A stretch of DNA of 64,000 bases, taken from the NCBI GenBank assembly GCA_905067555.1, contig CAJHIS010000001.1:8611-72610 (forward strand). Direction: 5' to 3'. Origin of the DNA: Candidatus Argoarchaeum ethanivorans. GTDB taxonomy: Archaea; Halobacteriota; Methanosarcinia; Methanosarcinales; EX4572-44. Positions 1 to 10,985 of the stretch are shown here, one piece after another; position 1 is the first letter of the stretch; each line of letters starts with the position of its first letter. Under the pieces are notes generated by a model that was given only the letters and a program-made list of their open reading frames with translations, did no database searches and was not told the DNA's origin. The translations under genes were made by a program, and so were the position numbers.

Positions 1-105
1 GTAGCGAGGTGCAACCGAGCGAAACCGTTTATCCCGTGTTAAGTGAGTGCGATGGCACCGAGCCAACGAAGTTGGCGAGAGTCGCGGAGGAAAGGCACTC
101 AATAT

Positions 106-966
106 TTATTGCCTCATCCTTTGTTTTGTTCTTTCTATGTTTGACATTATTACCTTACGATATAAGGGATAGTTCTCAACAGTGTAGATTTTCAGAGCTT
201 CTTCATAGGCTCGGATTGCTTTAGTGAGCTTTCCCTCTTTATCTCGAACTTCAGCAAGAGCCGTGTAAGCATTTCCAAGATTATTCTGGGTTGTAGCATA
301 GTCAACAGGATATTTCTCAACAGTTCTGATTTTCAGAGCTTCTTCATAGGCTCGGATTGCTTTAGTGAGCTTTTCCTCTTTATCTCGAACTTCAGCAAGA
401 ATACTGTAAGCATTTCCAAGATTATTCTGGGTCATTGCATAGTCAACAGGATATTTCTCAACAGTTCTGATTTTCAGAGCGTCTTCATAGGTTTGGATTG
501 CTTTAGTGAGGTTTTCCTCTTTATATCGAACTTCAGCAAGAGTACTGTAAGCATTTCCAAGATTATTCTGGGTTGTGGCATAATTTACAGGATATTTCTC
601 AACAGTGTAGATTTTCAGAGCTTCTTCATAGGCTATGATTGCTTTAGTGAGGTTTTCCTCTTTATTGCTTAGCTCAGCTAATTTAGAGTGACAAATTCCT
701 TCATTATTTTTGAGATGTGCATAGTCCTCGGGGTCCTTTCTCTCAGAAATTATTTTTAACATCTCTGCATATATCTTTAATGCATCTCTAATCATATTTT
801 TCTTCAACAAACTATCTGCATTAGTTATAATGGTCATGCGTGTACTTTTTAATATCTTTTCCTTTCTGTATTCAAACAAATAATAGAGTACAAGCCCTGC
901 TATAATGGCTCCGATAGCTCCACCGAGTATTGCTACAAGCCATGGATTGCTTAAATCAAATGTCAT
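106..966 (-). CDS. membrane-anchored TPR-repeat protein
   Basis: 286-aa ORF. It has an N-terminal hydrophobic helix (WLVAILGGAIGAIIAGLVLYYLF) followed by four near-identical 47-aa units (YPV(D/N)YA.TQNNLGNAY..LAEVR.KE..LTKAI.AYEEALKI.TVE), typical of TPR-like helical repeats. Confidence 0.8.
   Translation of the reverse strand: MTFDLSNPWLVAILGGAIGAIIAGLVLYYLFEYRKEKILKSTRMTIITNADSLLKKNMIRDALKIYAEMLKIISERKDPEDYAHLKNNEGICHSKLAELSNKEENLTKAIIAYEEALKIYTVEKYPVNYATTQNNLGNAYSTLAEVRYKEENLTKAIQTYEDALKIRTVEKYPVDYAMTQNNLGNAYSILAEVRDKEEKLTKAIRAYEEALKIRTVEKYPVDYATTQNNLGNAYTALAEVRDKEGKLTKAIRAYEEALKIYTVENYPLYRKVIMSNIERTKQRMRQ
175..738. repeat. 141-bp tandem repeat, about 4 copies, inside the TPR gene
   Basis: The string ctcaacagt recurs at 175, 316, 457 and 598, an exact 141-nt period. 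The units are highly similar at the DNA level. Confidence 0.9.
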
Positions 967-1086
967 GCCTTTCCTCCACGATTTCGCCTAATATAGTTAT
1001 ATCCAACATCAATGTCGTGCATCTTACCAATTTGGAGTATATATAAACTTTATGTCGTACTCTGTCAGTCTTTCACCACCCAAGTG

Positions 1087-2175
1087 TCATCGTTTTATCA
1101 TTCCCATTTCGCCAAGTCGTGTTGGCAGGTAAGTATCTGTCACATAGTCGAGTCCTTTTCCTGCAAATGCTTGCTGTTCTGCTTTTTTTCCAAGTTCGAT
1201 TTGAAGGTTAATCTGGTTTTTCCAGTAGTCAGTATCAAAACGTGGATCTGTTAGTTCGTTGTGCAGCGCTTTCATATCCTGATCAGTAAGTTTGTCTGTA
1301 GATAAATCATAGTCAATAATATCGCTTGGCTGTACTCCAAGGAATTTTGCTTTTGGTGCTGCCATGAACTCACTCAAGTGTGCGGTTTTGATTGCCCCGT
1401 AAGCTACGCTTGCATAAATGCGGTAGCTCCACGGGTCCGCATCTGTGAATACTGCAACCGGGATGTTGAGTTCTTCGTTTAATCGTTTGATTAATCTGCG
1501 GGTGCTTCTGGCTGGCTGCCCTTTTAAATGGATAAGAAGTGCGTGGTATTTTTCGTCGAAGCCGTTCTCGATTAATCGATCCTGCATGCCCCCGGTCTCG
1601 ATTGCGATGATGATTTGTGCATCGTGCTCGAGAAATTCGATGTTTTCAACGTTGTATGGTATTTGGTATCCTGCCTCTCCAACATCTTCCTGGCAGTGAA
1701 TGATCCGCTCGCCCCGTTTCGTGGTTTCCCTGATTCGCAGTGGCCCAAAGATGGTAGCACCATTTTCTTCCGGACGCACATGAAAATCTTCTCGTTGGAG
1801 TCCGGTTATGATTTCAAGGTCTTCTATGAGCCGATCACTTTCCGGCTGCTCCTTAAATTTAGCTATATCCCAGTTCTCGGATATGTAGTAAATTTCTCTT
1901 AAGGTTGAGCTTTTATTGTTACTCAGGTGATCGTTGATGAGAAGGTCACAGATGTGTGTTGTTTTTAATAGCTGGTATGCACCTTTGGTGGTCTTTGCAC
2001 TTCTTATGCTCCTACCGCCGCCATAGACCCACACATCATTCTCGCTTATTTCGATGTTGTTCTTCGTACGTGTCGGAAGCTGTAGATGCGGTATGCTGCC
2101 CTCGTCTATTTGTTCATAGATTATCCGGATTAGCTGTTTTAAGCTTGCTATTGACTGGATGTTTGTAACAATCAT
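1087..2175 (-). CDS. top6A: DNA topoisomerase VI subunit A (Spo11-like)
   Basis: The length is about 362 aa and it lies immediately downstream of top6B. The track ORF starts at 2250, but the region between 2176 and 2250 is an inserted hairpin element. The ATG at 2175 (MIVTNIQ...) is preceded by AGGTGAT and its context is duplicated at the top6B stop. Confidence 0.9.
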   Translation of the reverse strand: MIVTNIQSIASLKQLIRIIYEQIDEGSIPHLQLPTRTKNNIEISENDVWVYGGGRSIRSAKTTKGAYQLLKTTHICDLLINDHLSNNKSSTLREIYYISENWDIAKFKEQPESDRLIEDLEIITGLQREDFHVRPEENGATIFGPLRIRETTKRGERIIHCQEDVGEAGYQIPYNVENIEFLEHDAQIIIAIETGGMQDRLIENGFDEKYHALLIHLKGQPARSTRRLIKRLNEELNIPVAVFTDADPWSYRIYASVAYGAIKTAHLSEFMAAPKAKFLGVQPSDIIDYDLSTDKLTDQDMKALHNELTDPRFDTDYWKNQINLQIELGKKAEQQAFAGKGLDYVTDTYLPTRLGEMGMIKR

Positions 2176-2266
2176 TATGGCATCACCTCTGTACAACTTC
2201 GTTGTGCAGACACATTCAACTCTCGATTGCGGAGCAATCGAGTTGCACAAAATTGGGTAACTATCA

Positions 2267-4126
2267 TTAGGGCATCACCATGACTTTTGTACCTGTAACA
2301 AGTTCTTTGTCTATTCCCTCTACAATTACAGGAGGTAATTTTTCAATCGCCTCACTTGGTATCGTTAAATCGTAAAATATTGCTCGCCCCTCCTGTGGTT
2401 TCAGATTAATCCCCCACCGGTAGTTGTACTCACCATCAGTCGTTATGATTTCAGGCTGCGGGCTTGGATTGTATATGGGATATGTCAAGGATTCATACAG
2501 CATGAACTTTTGTTTTGTCTCGGTGTTGTTGCGGATTTGTATAATCACATGCTGCACTTTTTCGCGCTGTTCAACCTGTCTTTTGATATGCACATTTCCC
2601 ATTATTTTGGCAACAACAGGTGTTATATCAGGTACAGGAAGTTCAAGTATCTCTGATGTTTTTGCTGCAATGCGCGGCAGTAGTTTATGGATTATTACTT
2701 CCTTTTCCCGTCTCTTGGAGAGTGCCTTTTGTTTCCCTATGTAAGCTAACAGCTTTCTTGCAAGCTCTTTTAGTGCCAGTTCGGTTTCACTTACGATCTC
2801 TGGCACATCAGCAATTGCCTCCTTTGATTCCGAGGTGAAGGGTATGTGTGTTGATGCTACGTGTACCAGTATGATAATTGGCCCAACTGGTAGGCTTCCT
2901 CCAGGCTGGTCGATGGAATACTGTCTCCACTTGATGTTTTCAATGGCATGAGTGATAGCACAGGCTCCCTGTTGGTACAACAACGGCACCCTGTTTGCAA
3001 ACCGCAGTATGTTTGTACGTTGATCTTTTCTAAGGCTTCCTCCATAAGCAATGCCTGCCTCAACAACAAAAGGATGGCCGCTGTGCACTGAAGCTGTGCG
3101 CGTAGTAGTAGCGATAAAATCTATGGTGTGCTCCTTTTCAAGTCCTTTATAAATAAGTTGTTCACCGATCGGTGAAAGGCAATCAGTAGACGGCGCCATA
3201 ATCTTCACATTTTTAAAAGCATTGATGAGCTTTTTTGCCCCGTTCAGATCGATTAGATGCGGATCAGTGTCCGGATCAAGACCCGCTTTGCTGCAAATTT
3301 CTTCTGCAGTGTAGAGACCAATCTTGGAAAGGGAGTGCCGAAGGAAAGCTGCAAGACGCTTTCGCTCTGTGTATCGCAGCATTTTCAACAGTGTTCCAAG
3401 TTCGATGCCGTTTGGATGTGGCAGCACTTCTTTTGCTGGTGCCGGCAACCTGTCGGTAGCACGCTCAAACCGAATTTCGTTTCCATCAGGCTCTATGAAT
3501 GTGATGCGTGCATGTGGATTGATGATTGCAGTATCTTTCAGGTATTCGTATACTGATTGTCGCCGTCCTTTGACATAGCTTGCTTCCATTTCAAGTTCGA
3601 TGCGAATGCCCTGCAGCCGATCCCACTCGATTTCCTCGTCTTTGAGTATTTGCGGCTCATTGGTTTTTGTGTTGATAATAAGTTCAAAATAGTGTGCAGG
3701 ATAATTTTTTCCAATCTTGGAAATGATACGAACCGGCTTTCCGGACGTGAGTTGTGAATACAGTACTGCTGCCGATATGCCAATTCCCTGCTGCCCGCGA
3801 CTCTGTTTTATGGCATAAAAACGTGAGCCGTACAACAGTTTTGCAAAAACGTTTGGAATCTGTTCTCGTGTAATGCCAGGCCCGTTATCTTCAACGATTG
3901 TTGTTATTGTTTCTTTAGTTGTGTTTTCTACAAAAACTATAATATCAGGAAGTATGTCCGCCTCTTCACAAGCATCAAGTGCATTATCCACTGCCTCCTT
4001 CACAGTAGTTATCAGGCACCGTGGGGCAGAATCAAAACCAAGTATCTGTCTGTTCTTTTCAAAGAATTCTGCAATGCTGATAGATTGCTGCTTCTTTGCA
4101 AGTTGTTCTGCCACAGGTGTTTTCAT
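2267..4126 (-). CDS. top6B: DNA topoisomerase VI subunit B (GHKL ATPase)
   Basis: 619 aa. It has a Bergerat-fold N-terminus (EAVDNALDA..., DNGPGI, GQQGIG) and is adjacent to top6A. Confidence 0.92.
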   Translation of the reverse strand: MKTPVAEQLAKKQQSISIAEFFEKNRQILGFDSAPRCLITTVKEAVDNALDACEEADILPDIIVFVENTTKETITTIVEDNGPGITREQIPNVFAKLLYGSRFYAIKQSRGQQGIGISAAVLYSQLTSGKPVRIISKIGKNYPAHYFELIINTKTNEPQILKDEEIEWDRLQGIRIELEMEASYVKGRRQSVYEYLKDTAIINPHARITFIEPDGNEIRFERATDRLPAPAKEVLPHPNGIELGTLLKMLRYTERKRLAAFLRHSLSKIGLYTAEEICSKAGLDPDTDPHLIDLNGAKKLINAFKNVKIMAPSTDCLSPIGEQLIYKGLEKEHTIDFIATTTRTASVHSGHPFVVEAGIAYGGSLRKDQRTNILRFANRVPLLYQQGACAITHAIENIKWRQYSIDQPGGSLPVGPIIILVHVASTHIPFTSESKEAIADVPEIVSETELALKELARKLLAYIGKQKALSKRREKEVIIHKLLPRIAAKTSEILELPVPDITPVVAKIMGNVHIKRQVEQREKVQHVIIQIRNNTETKQKFMLYESLTYPIYNPSPQPEIITTDGEYNYRWGINLKPQEGRAIFYDLTIPSEAIEKLPPVIVEGIDKELVTGTKVMVMP

Positions 4127-4231
4127 CAGATATTATTAATATGGAATGGTATATGTTACTTTGGATTCAAGAGCATTCCAACCGATATGTTTTTGAGATA
4201 TTATTTATATGGTAAGGGTGGTGATTGAATA

Positions 4232-4759
4232 GTGAGACATAAAACCATATTAATATTGTTAATCCTCTTTTCATCAGTTTTTGCACTTGGTTGTGTAGAT
4301 AATGAAACTGAAGACGTACCTGACGTTAAGATGCCGATTGATACTGCTTCAATAGATGACCTGATCCCAACAAAAGATCTGCCGATTGGCATTACCTATC
4401 TTGGGGTGCACGAAGTAGTTATTGAGAATGCAACAGAGTCCATCGAAGCCGTGTATAAAAACAGTAACAAAGACGATTTTTATGTGCGTGTTGCTAAAAC
4501 AGACAGCAAAGATTCTGCAAAGAAGTTAATTGAAGATTACAAGTCACAGTACAATGGCTATCGATATAATCCATTTGAAGAAGTAATGCTGAGTAATCAC
4601 AGTGCCACGCAGATAAAGGATTATACAATTCAACAGGGTAAAAACGAGTTCACCTACCTGTACATCTGGAATAATGAGAATTATGTGTTTATTGTTTCAA
4701 GCAACATATTAAATGACAACTCTCTGACCTTTGAGATTGCTCAAGCAGTCGGCTACTAA
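4232..4759 (+). CDS. secreted or lipoprotein-like hypothetical protein
   Basis: 175 aa. It has a signal peptide followed by a Cys (LILFSSVFALGC). No recognisable catalytic motif. Confidence 0.55.
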   Translation: MRHKTILILLILFSSVFALGCVDNETEDVPDVKMPIDTASIDDLIPTKDLPIGITYLGVHEVVIENATESIEAVYKNSNKDDFYVRVAKTDSKDSAKKLIEDYKSQYNGYRYNPFEEVMLSNHSATQIKDYTIQQGKNEFTYLYIWNNENYVFIVSSNILNDNSLTFEIAQAVGY

Positions 4760-4796
4760 AAGATTGGTAATTGTATAGGATATAAAAGGAGATAAA

Positions 4797-6440
4797 CTAA
4801 GAGATATTGGTGAAAAGATCAATAAATTCAAATTTCTCTGCATCGAATAATCCTTTATCACTCAGTTTCAGTTTTGGTATAACAAGTAACGATAGAAAAG
4901 ACAGCATCATAAACGGTGCACGAAGTGTTGAACCAAAAGATTTGGCGATCTTATCCATTTCAGTATATTTTTCTGCAACTGTCAGGTAGTCTTCATTGGA
5001 CATAATTCCTGCAATTGGCAGAGGCAGAATCATCTCTGTGTTTTCAGATACTGCGCTGATGCCACCTTTGTTTTCAATAATCAGGTTAACAGCTCTACAC
5101 ATATCCGTATCATTAACTCCAATAACAACGATGTTATGAGAATCATGAGAAACACTTGAGGCAATAGCTCCTCGTTTTAGCCCGAAATTTTTAACAAAAG
5201 CTGTTGCCACTTTTGCTTCATTATAACGATTGATTGATGCCATTTTTAATAGATCTCTTTTTACATCAGACACAACACATCCATCCATTACCAGTGGCTG
5301 TGTAACTATTTTATTGGTAATTAATTGGCCATCGATTACTTCAATTACATTTATTTTGCCATTTTTATATGCAACTACAAAATCTCTCTCTACTTTTTCC
5401 TTAACGTTAAAATTATTTACTATTTTTGATGATTTTTTTGGTATCAAAGTTCTGCCTTTTTCTGCAACCAGTTTCCCGTTGATGTATGTTTTTAGTACAT
5501 TGAAGTCATCCAGATTGTCTACCTCAATAAAATCAGCAGCATCCCCAACCTGTAATAATCCAACATCTAACTGGTAATGTAAAACAGGATTCACACATGC
5601 AACACGAAGAATTTTCATCAGATCAATACCATGACCAAGACCTCTTTTCACCAGTTCATTGATGTGTCCTTTTAATAGATCGTCCGGATGTTTATCATCA
5701 CTACAGAACATGCAGCGGTCGTGATGAGTTCCCACAAGGGAAATCAACTCTTCAAAGTTCCTTCCAAGAGACCCTTCTCTGATCTGGATATTCATGCCAA
5801 GCTCAAGTCTCTCCAAAGCCTCCCCTATTGTGGAGCACTCGTGATCAGTGGATATTCCTGCATCCACATACTTTTTTAGCTCTTTGCCGCCAAGCATTGG
5901 AGCATGCCCATCGATTAATTTTGAATATTTTTTGGCGATATTAATCTTATTGATGACTTCGGGATCGTCATTAACAACACCGGGGAAATTCATAACCTCC
6001 CCTAAATATTTTATCTGCTTTAGCTTTAACAATTCCTCTATTTCACCAGAGCCAAGATATGCTCCGCTGGTCTCAAAAGGTGTTGCAGGCACACAGGAAG
6101 GTGCTCCAAAGTAAAATTTGAAAGGAATGCTCAGAGCGTCTTCTATCATATATTTTACTCCTTTTATTCCAAGCACATTGGCTATCTCGTGTGGGTCAGA
6201 AACTGCTGCAACCGTTCCATGAATTACAGCCGCCCGTGCAAACTCCGAAGGAGTTAACATCGAGCTTTCAATATGAATATGCGCATCAACGAGTCCAGGG
6301 ATAATGTAGGTGTCACACCCGTCATCTGTTTTTAGGATATCCACTATTCTGCCGTTTGAAATTGTCAATGTTCCCTGATAAATCCTTGAATGCAGGACAT
6401 CAACAATGTTACCTGAGACTGTTTTTACATCTTTTTTCAT
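4797..6440 (-). CDS. ade: adenine deaminase
   Basis: 547 aa. It carries the amidohydrolase metal motif GLVDAHIHIESSM and the overall length and architecture of Ade. It ends with TAG. Confidence 0.88.
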   Translation of the reverse strand: MKKDVKTVSGNIVDVLHSRIYQGTLTISNGRIVDILKTDDGCDTYIIPGLVDAHIHIESSMLTPSEFARAAVIHGTVAAVSDPHEIANVLGIKGVKYMIEDALSIPFKFYFGAPSCVPATPFETSGAYLGSGEIEELLKLKQIKYLGEVMNFPGVVNDDPEVINKINIAKKYSKLIDGHAPMLGGKELKKYVDAGISTDHECSTIGEALERLELGMNIQIREGSLGRNFEELISLVGTHHDRCMFCSDDKHPDDLLKGHINELVKRGLGHGIDLMKILRVACVNPVLHYQLDVGLLQVGDAADFIEVDNLDDFNVLKTYINGKLVAEKGRTLIPKKSSKIVNNFNVKEKVERDFVVAYKNGKINVIEVIDGQLITNKIVTQPLVMDGCVVSDVKRDLLKMASINRYNEAKVATAFVKNFGLKRGAIASSVSHDSHNIVVIGVNDTDMCRAVNLIIENKGGISAVSENTEMILPLPIAGIMSNEDYLTVAEKYTEMDKIAKSFGSTLRAPFMMLSFLSLLVIPKLKLSDKGLFDAEKFEFIDLFTNIS

Positions 6441-6498
6441 CTTTGTTCCAAGTTCCTTTTGTAACCACGAGACTCGTTATTTCTGCAAAGCAAAAGCT

Positions 6499-7743
6499 TT
6501 ACTTTTTACTGGTATCCACCAGTCCCGATACAAGAAGTGCTGAACCGACTGCCCCGATAAACTGGGAGTATTTTGGTATGTGTACTTCCACATGCAGCAG
6601 GTCTTCAAGCGCTTTCGGAAGCCCTGCTATCAGTGATGAACCGCCAACCATAATCACCGGCTCTTTGACTTCCACCTCTTGTAGTTGTTGTTCAAAGACC
6701 TGTTCTGCTACACTGTAGCACGCTGCTGCAGCAACATCCTCTGGTTTTGCTCCTGTTGATAGTGAGTTTACAAGCGATTGTATTCCAAAAACAATACAGT
6801 AACTGTTCATTTCAATGTTTTTGGAATTTCCCTTGAGTGCAAGGTCTCCAAGTTTGGTGATTTCCACACCAAGCCTTCTTGCAGTTATTTCAAGAAATCT
6901 TCCTGATGCACCTGCACAGATGCCGCCGAGAGTGAACATCCCTGGTATGCCATCGTGGACTGAGATTGCTTTGTTATCCATCCCACCGATGTCGATCACA
7001 GTAGCGTCTCCTTTTTGTTTGTCTGCAAGGAATACTGCACCTTTGCTGTTAACAGTAACCTCTTCCTGCACGAGATCAGCACTAAACTTATCTCCTATAA
7101 GAAACCGTCCATAGCCGGTGGTACCGAGTGCATCCAGTTCACTTTGTTTGATTCCCGCACTTTCCAGTGCAATGTTAAATGCTTCATCTGCACTGTCCAA
7201 CACTTTTGTTGTTGGAACCCAACCGGTGCCTATAACCTCGTTGTCTTTCATAATCACGCATTTGGTGGTGGTTGAGCCTGAATCGATTCCTGCTGTAAGA
7301 CCTGTTTGCCGCTCTCGTGCAAGCAGGCTTTTTCTGCGTGCCATGGTGGTAAGAGCCTCCATCCTTGTAAGCAGTGTACCGGACGTGGTGCGTTCCGTGA
7401 ATGAATAACTGATCACAGGCAGACTTGTTTTTTCATATATGTACCTGCGCACTTCACTTCTGGCAAGCGCTGCTTCAGCACATCTGAAACAGGTAGCAAC
7501 GAACACAGCGTCCACATCGGTTTTTCCATCAACGATTGATTTTGCTCTTGCCATCAGTAGCTTGAGGTCAGGGCTTGCAACTTCCAAGCCAAAATCCTTT
7601 TCAATTCTTGCAATATCATCATAGTCGACATCAGCAAATACCATTTCTGCATTCACCTGCTTGGCTGCAGCCTCGATTTCAGGTTGAATTCCGCTGTATT
7701 CTGTTCCACAGGATAACTGTGCGATTTTAACATTTTTACTCAT
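6499..7743 (-). CDS. BadF/BadG/BcrA/BcrD-type ATPase fusion, methanogenesis marker 15-like
   Basis: 414 aa. The C-terminal half has acetate/sugar-kinase-fold ATPase motifs ([19 protein letters not shown]). The N-terminal extension and the neighbouring small genes fit the mmp5/mmp6/mmp15 cluster as I recall it. Confidence 0.6.
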   Translation of the reverse strand: MSKNVKIAQLSCGTEYSGIQPEIEAAAKQVNAEMVFADVDYDDIARIEKDFGLEVASPDLKLLMARAKSIVDGKTDVDAVFVATCFRCAEAALARSEVRRYIYEKTSLPVISYSFTERTTSGTLLTRMEALTTMARRKSLLARERQTGLTAGIDSGSTTTKCVIMKDNEVIGTGWVPTTKVLDSADEAFNIALESAGIKQSELDALGTTGYGRFLIGDKFSADLVQEEVTVNSKGAVFLADKQKGDATVIDIGGMDNKAISVHDGIPGMFTLGGICAGASGRFLEITARRLGVEITKLGDLALKGNSKNIEMNSYCIVFGIQSLVNSLSTGAKPEDVAAAACYSVAEQVFEQQLQEVEVKEPVIMVGGSSLIAGLPKALEDLLHVEVHIPKYSQFIGAVGSALLVSGLVDTSKK

Positions 7744-8188
7744 GTTTCAGCACCTCCGATGATTGGAGGAACTCAGCAATTTTGTATACAAAGTCTCTTG
7801 CGTCATCATCATTCGTTGGATAGGATAATTCAAGCATTGGTATTTTTTTTGCACGGATAAGGAAGTTTACAAGCTCATTGGTGCGTGCACATCCCATACA
7901 CCCGAAAGTTGCTTCCGGATCGCTGACAACGACTGCCGCATCTGCTTTTTCAAGTAGTGGCCCTATCAGTGCCATTCTGCCACGCACACCGGATGGAACC
8001 TCTACTGCTGCATATTTTAAACCTATTTTAGGGTCCTCCGGAGTGATGTTGAGCGGCGGCGAGTCGAGCCCTACACTGGTAACTTTTTTTCTAATCTCCT
8101 GTGGAATGGTAAGCGGCTCGTGACCGAATCGATCTACTAAATCAGCCAGAACGAGGCTGTTGGTTGGATATATCAATATTTTTGACAT
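7736..8188 (-). CDS. methanogenesis marker 5-like protein
   Basis: 150 aa with a [11 protein letters not shown] motif. It overlaps the downstream ATPase gene by 8 nt. The assignment is from memory of the family. Confidence 0.5.
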   Translation of the reverse strand: MSKILIYPTNSLVLADLVDRFGHEPLTIPQEIRKKVTSVGLDSPPLNITPEDPKIGLKYAAVEVPSGVRGRMALIGPLLEKADAAVVVSDPEATFGCMGCARTNELVNFLIRAKKIPMLELSYPTNDDDARDFVYKIAEFLQSSEVLKHE

Positions 8189-8207
8189 GTTCTATTACTC
8201 CTGATAT

Positions 8208-8678
8208 TCATAAGCTGTGAAGACAATCTGCGATGATTTTTTTAAACACATCGACATCAAGTTTTGCTGGTTTTTCGTGTGTTGTTGGTTTTACTCCCAT
8301 ATCATACTCTAACAAGGCGCGTGACATTAATGGGAGTGTTGCTGCTTCCGCCTCTATCTGGTGGAAACCCGGCCGCGCACCACCGCCGCTTGTAGCTCTA
8401 CACCTCCGCAGATCCCCTATGGGAAATCCACGTTCTTTAATAAAAATGCCATACGGATCAAGAATTCGGATATCTCTTATCAAACTGTTCACGTCTTCCT
8501 TTTTTCCGGATACCTCTGCTCCAAAACACGTTTCTTTGACAATCACATCTTTTCGCAGTGCGTATATTTTATATAACAAGTCTCCTGGCATCATGTGTCT
8601 TGAGGAGAGAATGATAAGTTTTGTTATCACATCTTTTTTACTTACATCAGCATCTTCCATTGTATTTCCTCCCAGCAT
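8208..8678 (-). CDS. methanogenesis marker 6-like protein
   Basis: 156 aa, same strand and cluster as the two genes above. The assignment rests on context and size only. Confidence 0.4.
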   Translation of the reverse strand: MLGGNTMEDADVSKKDVITKLIILSSRHMMPGDLLYKIYALRKDVIVKETCFGAEVSGKKEDVNSLIRDIRILDPYGIFIKERGFPIGDLRRCRATSGGGARPGFHQIEAEAATLPLMSRALLEYDMGVKPTTHEKPAKLDVDVFKKIIADCLHSL

Positions 8679-8749
8679 ATATCAAGTTACATAGTTTTTT
8701 GTTTGATATATATAGCTAACGATACCGACTTCCAGACGAATACCAGCTT

Positions 8750-9802
8750 TTATCTTCCTACGATGTGGACTGCTGTGGTTTTAAAAGATGCATAGATATG
8801 TTCATCGATGTTTAACTCAAGCTCTTCTGCTGATTGTTTTGTTGTGAATGCAACAAGCTCGTTATCAAGCTCCATTCTTACTATTGCCCCAAGGTGTATG
8901 ATTTTTTTTATTTTTGTTTCCAGATTGTTTCTTGCACTTGTTTCTTGCAACTCTTTTGATATGATTATATCTTCTGGTCGTATGAATGCATGAACTTTGC
9001 TGCCGATTTCAAGGTCGGATATGGCAAATATTTCACTGCTGCCGATATCTACTATTGTAAGCCCGTCTATTTTTTTGGATATGTGTCCTTCAAGCACATT
9101 CTCTGTTCCAACGAAGTCTGCGATCATTCTATTTTTTGGCGTGTTGAATATTTCATGTGTTGTGCCTGTTTGAACGATCTCCCCACCCATCATGATTCCT
9201 ATCCTGTCTGCCATAATCATTGCTTCGGTTTGATCATGTGTTACATGAATTATCGTGATGTCTGATTCGTTGTGGATTTTTTTGAGTTCGTCCTGCAGTC
9301 CTGCCTTTGTTCTTGCATCAAGGGCGCTCAACGGCTCATCTAAAAGTAATATGTGTGGGTTTAACATGAGGGCTCTTCCTATTGCCGTCTTTTGTTTTTC
9401 TCCACCAGAGAGGGTGGTTGGGTATCGATCTTTAAGGTACGTTATCCCAAGTAAATCCATCATTGCCTGTGATTCCTTGTTGATTTTATCTTTTGGTATT
9501 TTTTTAATTTTTAGTCCATACTCGATGTTCCCTTCCACTGTAAAATGTGGAAATAGTCCATAGTCCTGGTACACAAATCCAACTTCCCGATCTTCAGGTG
9601 TCATAGTTGTAACATTGTCCCCGTGTATCCATATTTCACCGGCATCCGGTATGTAAAATCCTGCTATAAGTTCAAGAAGAAGTGTTTTTCCTGCGGCAGT
9701 CGGACCTAAAATTACAAAGTATTCTCCCTTTTCAATAGTTAAGTTTATGTCCTTTAAATTAAATTCTTTCCATTTTCGCTGGAGATTTTTAATTGTTATC
9801 AT
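8750..9802 (-). CDS. ABC transporter ATP-binding protein, molybdate/tungstate type with C-terminal TOBE-like domain
   Basis: Walker A GPTAAGKT, signature LSGGEKQK and Walker B LLLDEP are present. The start is set at MITIKNL (9802), which overlaps the permease stop as ATGA. The longer track ORF (to 10006) runs through the permease gene. Confidence 0.85.
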   Translation of the reverse strand: MITIKNLQRKWKEFNLKDINLTIEKGEYFVILGPTAAGKTLLLELIAGFYIPDAGEIWIHGDNVTTMTPEDREVGFVYQDYGLFPHFTVEGNIEYGLKIKKIPKDKINKESQAMMDLLGITYLKDRYPTTLSGGEKQKTAIGRALMLNPHILLLDEPLSALDARTKAGLQDELKKIHNESDITIIHVTHDQTEAMIMADRIGIMMGGEIVQTGTTHEIFNTPKNRMIADFVGTENVLEGHISKKIDGLTIVDIGSSEIFAISDLEIGSKVHAFIRPEDIIISKELQETSARNNLETKIKKIIHLGAIVRMELDNELVAFTTKQSAEELELNIDEHIYASFKTTAVHIVGR

Positions 9803-10695
9803 CGTCTTTCTCCATGTTTGGATGCTCGCAGGATGATAAAGATTACAAGGCAGATTGAAACAAGAAGTATGGATGCAGGTCTTGAGCTTGTTAAACCGTA
9901 CATTGTGAATAGATCGTATATCAGAACAGGAGCAGACTTTGGGAAGTATGCAATGATAAGAACCGCTGAGAATTCGCTTACTCCACGAGCCCAGCACAGT
10001 ATGCATCCATTGAATATGGACGGCGATGCAAGAGGAAACGTTATCCTTCTAAACGTTGTCCATTGGGATGCTCCGAGTGAGCGTGACACGTTTTCCAGTC
10101 TCGGATCAACGGTTTTAAAACCCTCTCTTGCTGTATCAACAAGATATGGAAGGCTCATAAACAGCATGGCGGCAACAATCCCCGGAAATGCATCCACGAA
10201 GACGACCCCAATCTTACCAAAAGGTGCACCGATAATCCCAGATCGCATAAAAACCCCATAGAGTGCAATTCCAGCAACCACATGTGGGATCATAATCGGG
10301 ATGTCTATAATGCCTTCGATAACACTCTTGAATGCAAAATCCTTTCGTGCGAGGATGTATGCCAAAGGAACTCCGAAGATGAATGCGATTAATGCAGAGA
10401 CTGATGCAGCAGAAATACTTATCCATATTGCAGTTAGAATCGTAGAATCCTTTGCTGCACTAATCAAAGCCGATATATCGCCGCTCTGTCGATAAAACAT
10501 ATCTCCAAGTGTAACAAAGACAAAAGCAACGAGAAGGAATCCTGAAAAGAAGAAAAGAAGAAGAAACCTATCTTTTTTTAGTTTTTTCATCACATTTTTA
10601 ATTGTCTTAAGATACATCCCGAATCGTTCATTATGTGCCATACGATATAACGATTTGCCAGACAGAACCATTTTCAGGTATTCGTGCAAGACCAC
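9799..10695 (-). CDS. ABC transporter permease (ModB/WtpB-like)
   Basis: A multi-pass hydrophobic protein that is translationally coupled to the ATPase. The true start may be an internal Met (for example MYLKTIKN...). Confidence 0.8.
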   Translation of the reverse strand: MVLHEYLKMVLSGKSLYRMAHNERFGMYLKTIKNVMKKLKKDRFLLLFFFSGFLLVAFVFVTLGDMFYRQSGDISALISAAKDSTILTAIWISISAASVSALIAFIFGVPLAYILARKDFAFKSVIEGIIDIPIMIPHVVAGIALYGVFMRSGIIGAPFGKIGVVFVDAFPGIVAAMLFMSLPYLVDTAREGFKTVDPRLENVSRSLGASQWTTFRRITFPLASPSIFNGCILCWARGVSEFSAVLIIAYFPKSAPVLIYDLFTMYGLTSSRPASILLVSICLVIFIILRASKHGERR

Positions 10696-10985
10696 GAGAT
10701 TCCACGAGATTTGAACTGTTACTTACTCTGTAAGTAACTCTTGATTACGCAGTAATATTATTGTGCTGGTCGCGTGCTGGTCGCGTGTTCCCATTCTACA
10801 AGTTGACGGCTTCGATTTTACGCACAACAATATTATATACCAGCGATGCATGTCATTCCAACTGTGAACTGCTAAAAGGTTTACGCAACCACAAGAAATT
10901 CAGATAATGATGGAGGTAGTAACCCACGATAAAAGAATGGAACGACAGGAAGGAATCATTTGAAGTACTGGATGGCAAGGAACTT

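Noticed and set aside
9-224. 71-aa ORF at the window start.
   Set aside because: It overlaps the 3' end of the TPR gene in antisense. The first about 100 nt instead contain an H1-like hairpin variant (GCCAAC-GAA-GTTGGC at about 62-76). There is no support for coding.
2176-2250. Upstream start of the top6A ORF ([25 protein letters not shown]...).
   Set aside because: These codons translate the inserted hairpin element. The ATG at 2175 has a GGTGAT Shine-Dalgarno, and its context matches the ancestral start preserved at the top6B stop.
9803-10006. N-terminal 68-codon extension of the ABC ATPase ORF (track ORF 8750-10006).
   Set aside because: The extension overlaps the permease gene in another frame. 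The canonical ABC N-terminus (MITIKNL...) starts at 9802, in an ATGA overlap with the permease stop.
10907-10985. Possible frameshifted 5' exon (MMEVVTHDKRMERQEGII) of the CMD/DUF2249-like gene.
   Set aside because: I could not show homology of the short peptide to anything, and the downstream frame has a usable GTG. The case is too weak to call a pseudogene, so only the 5' uncertainty is noted in the feature.
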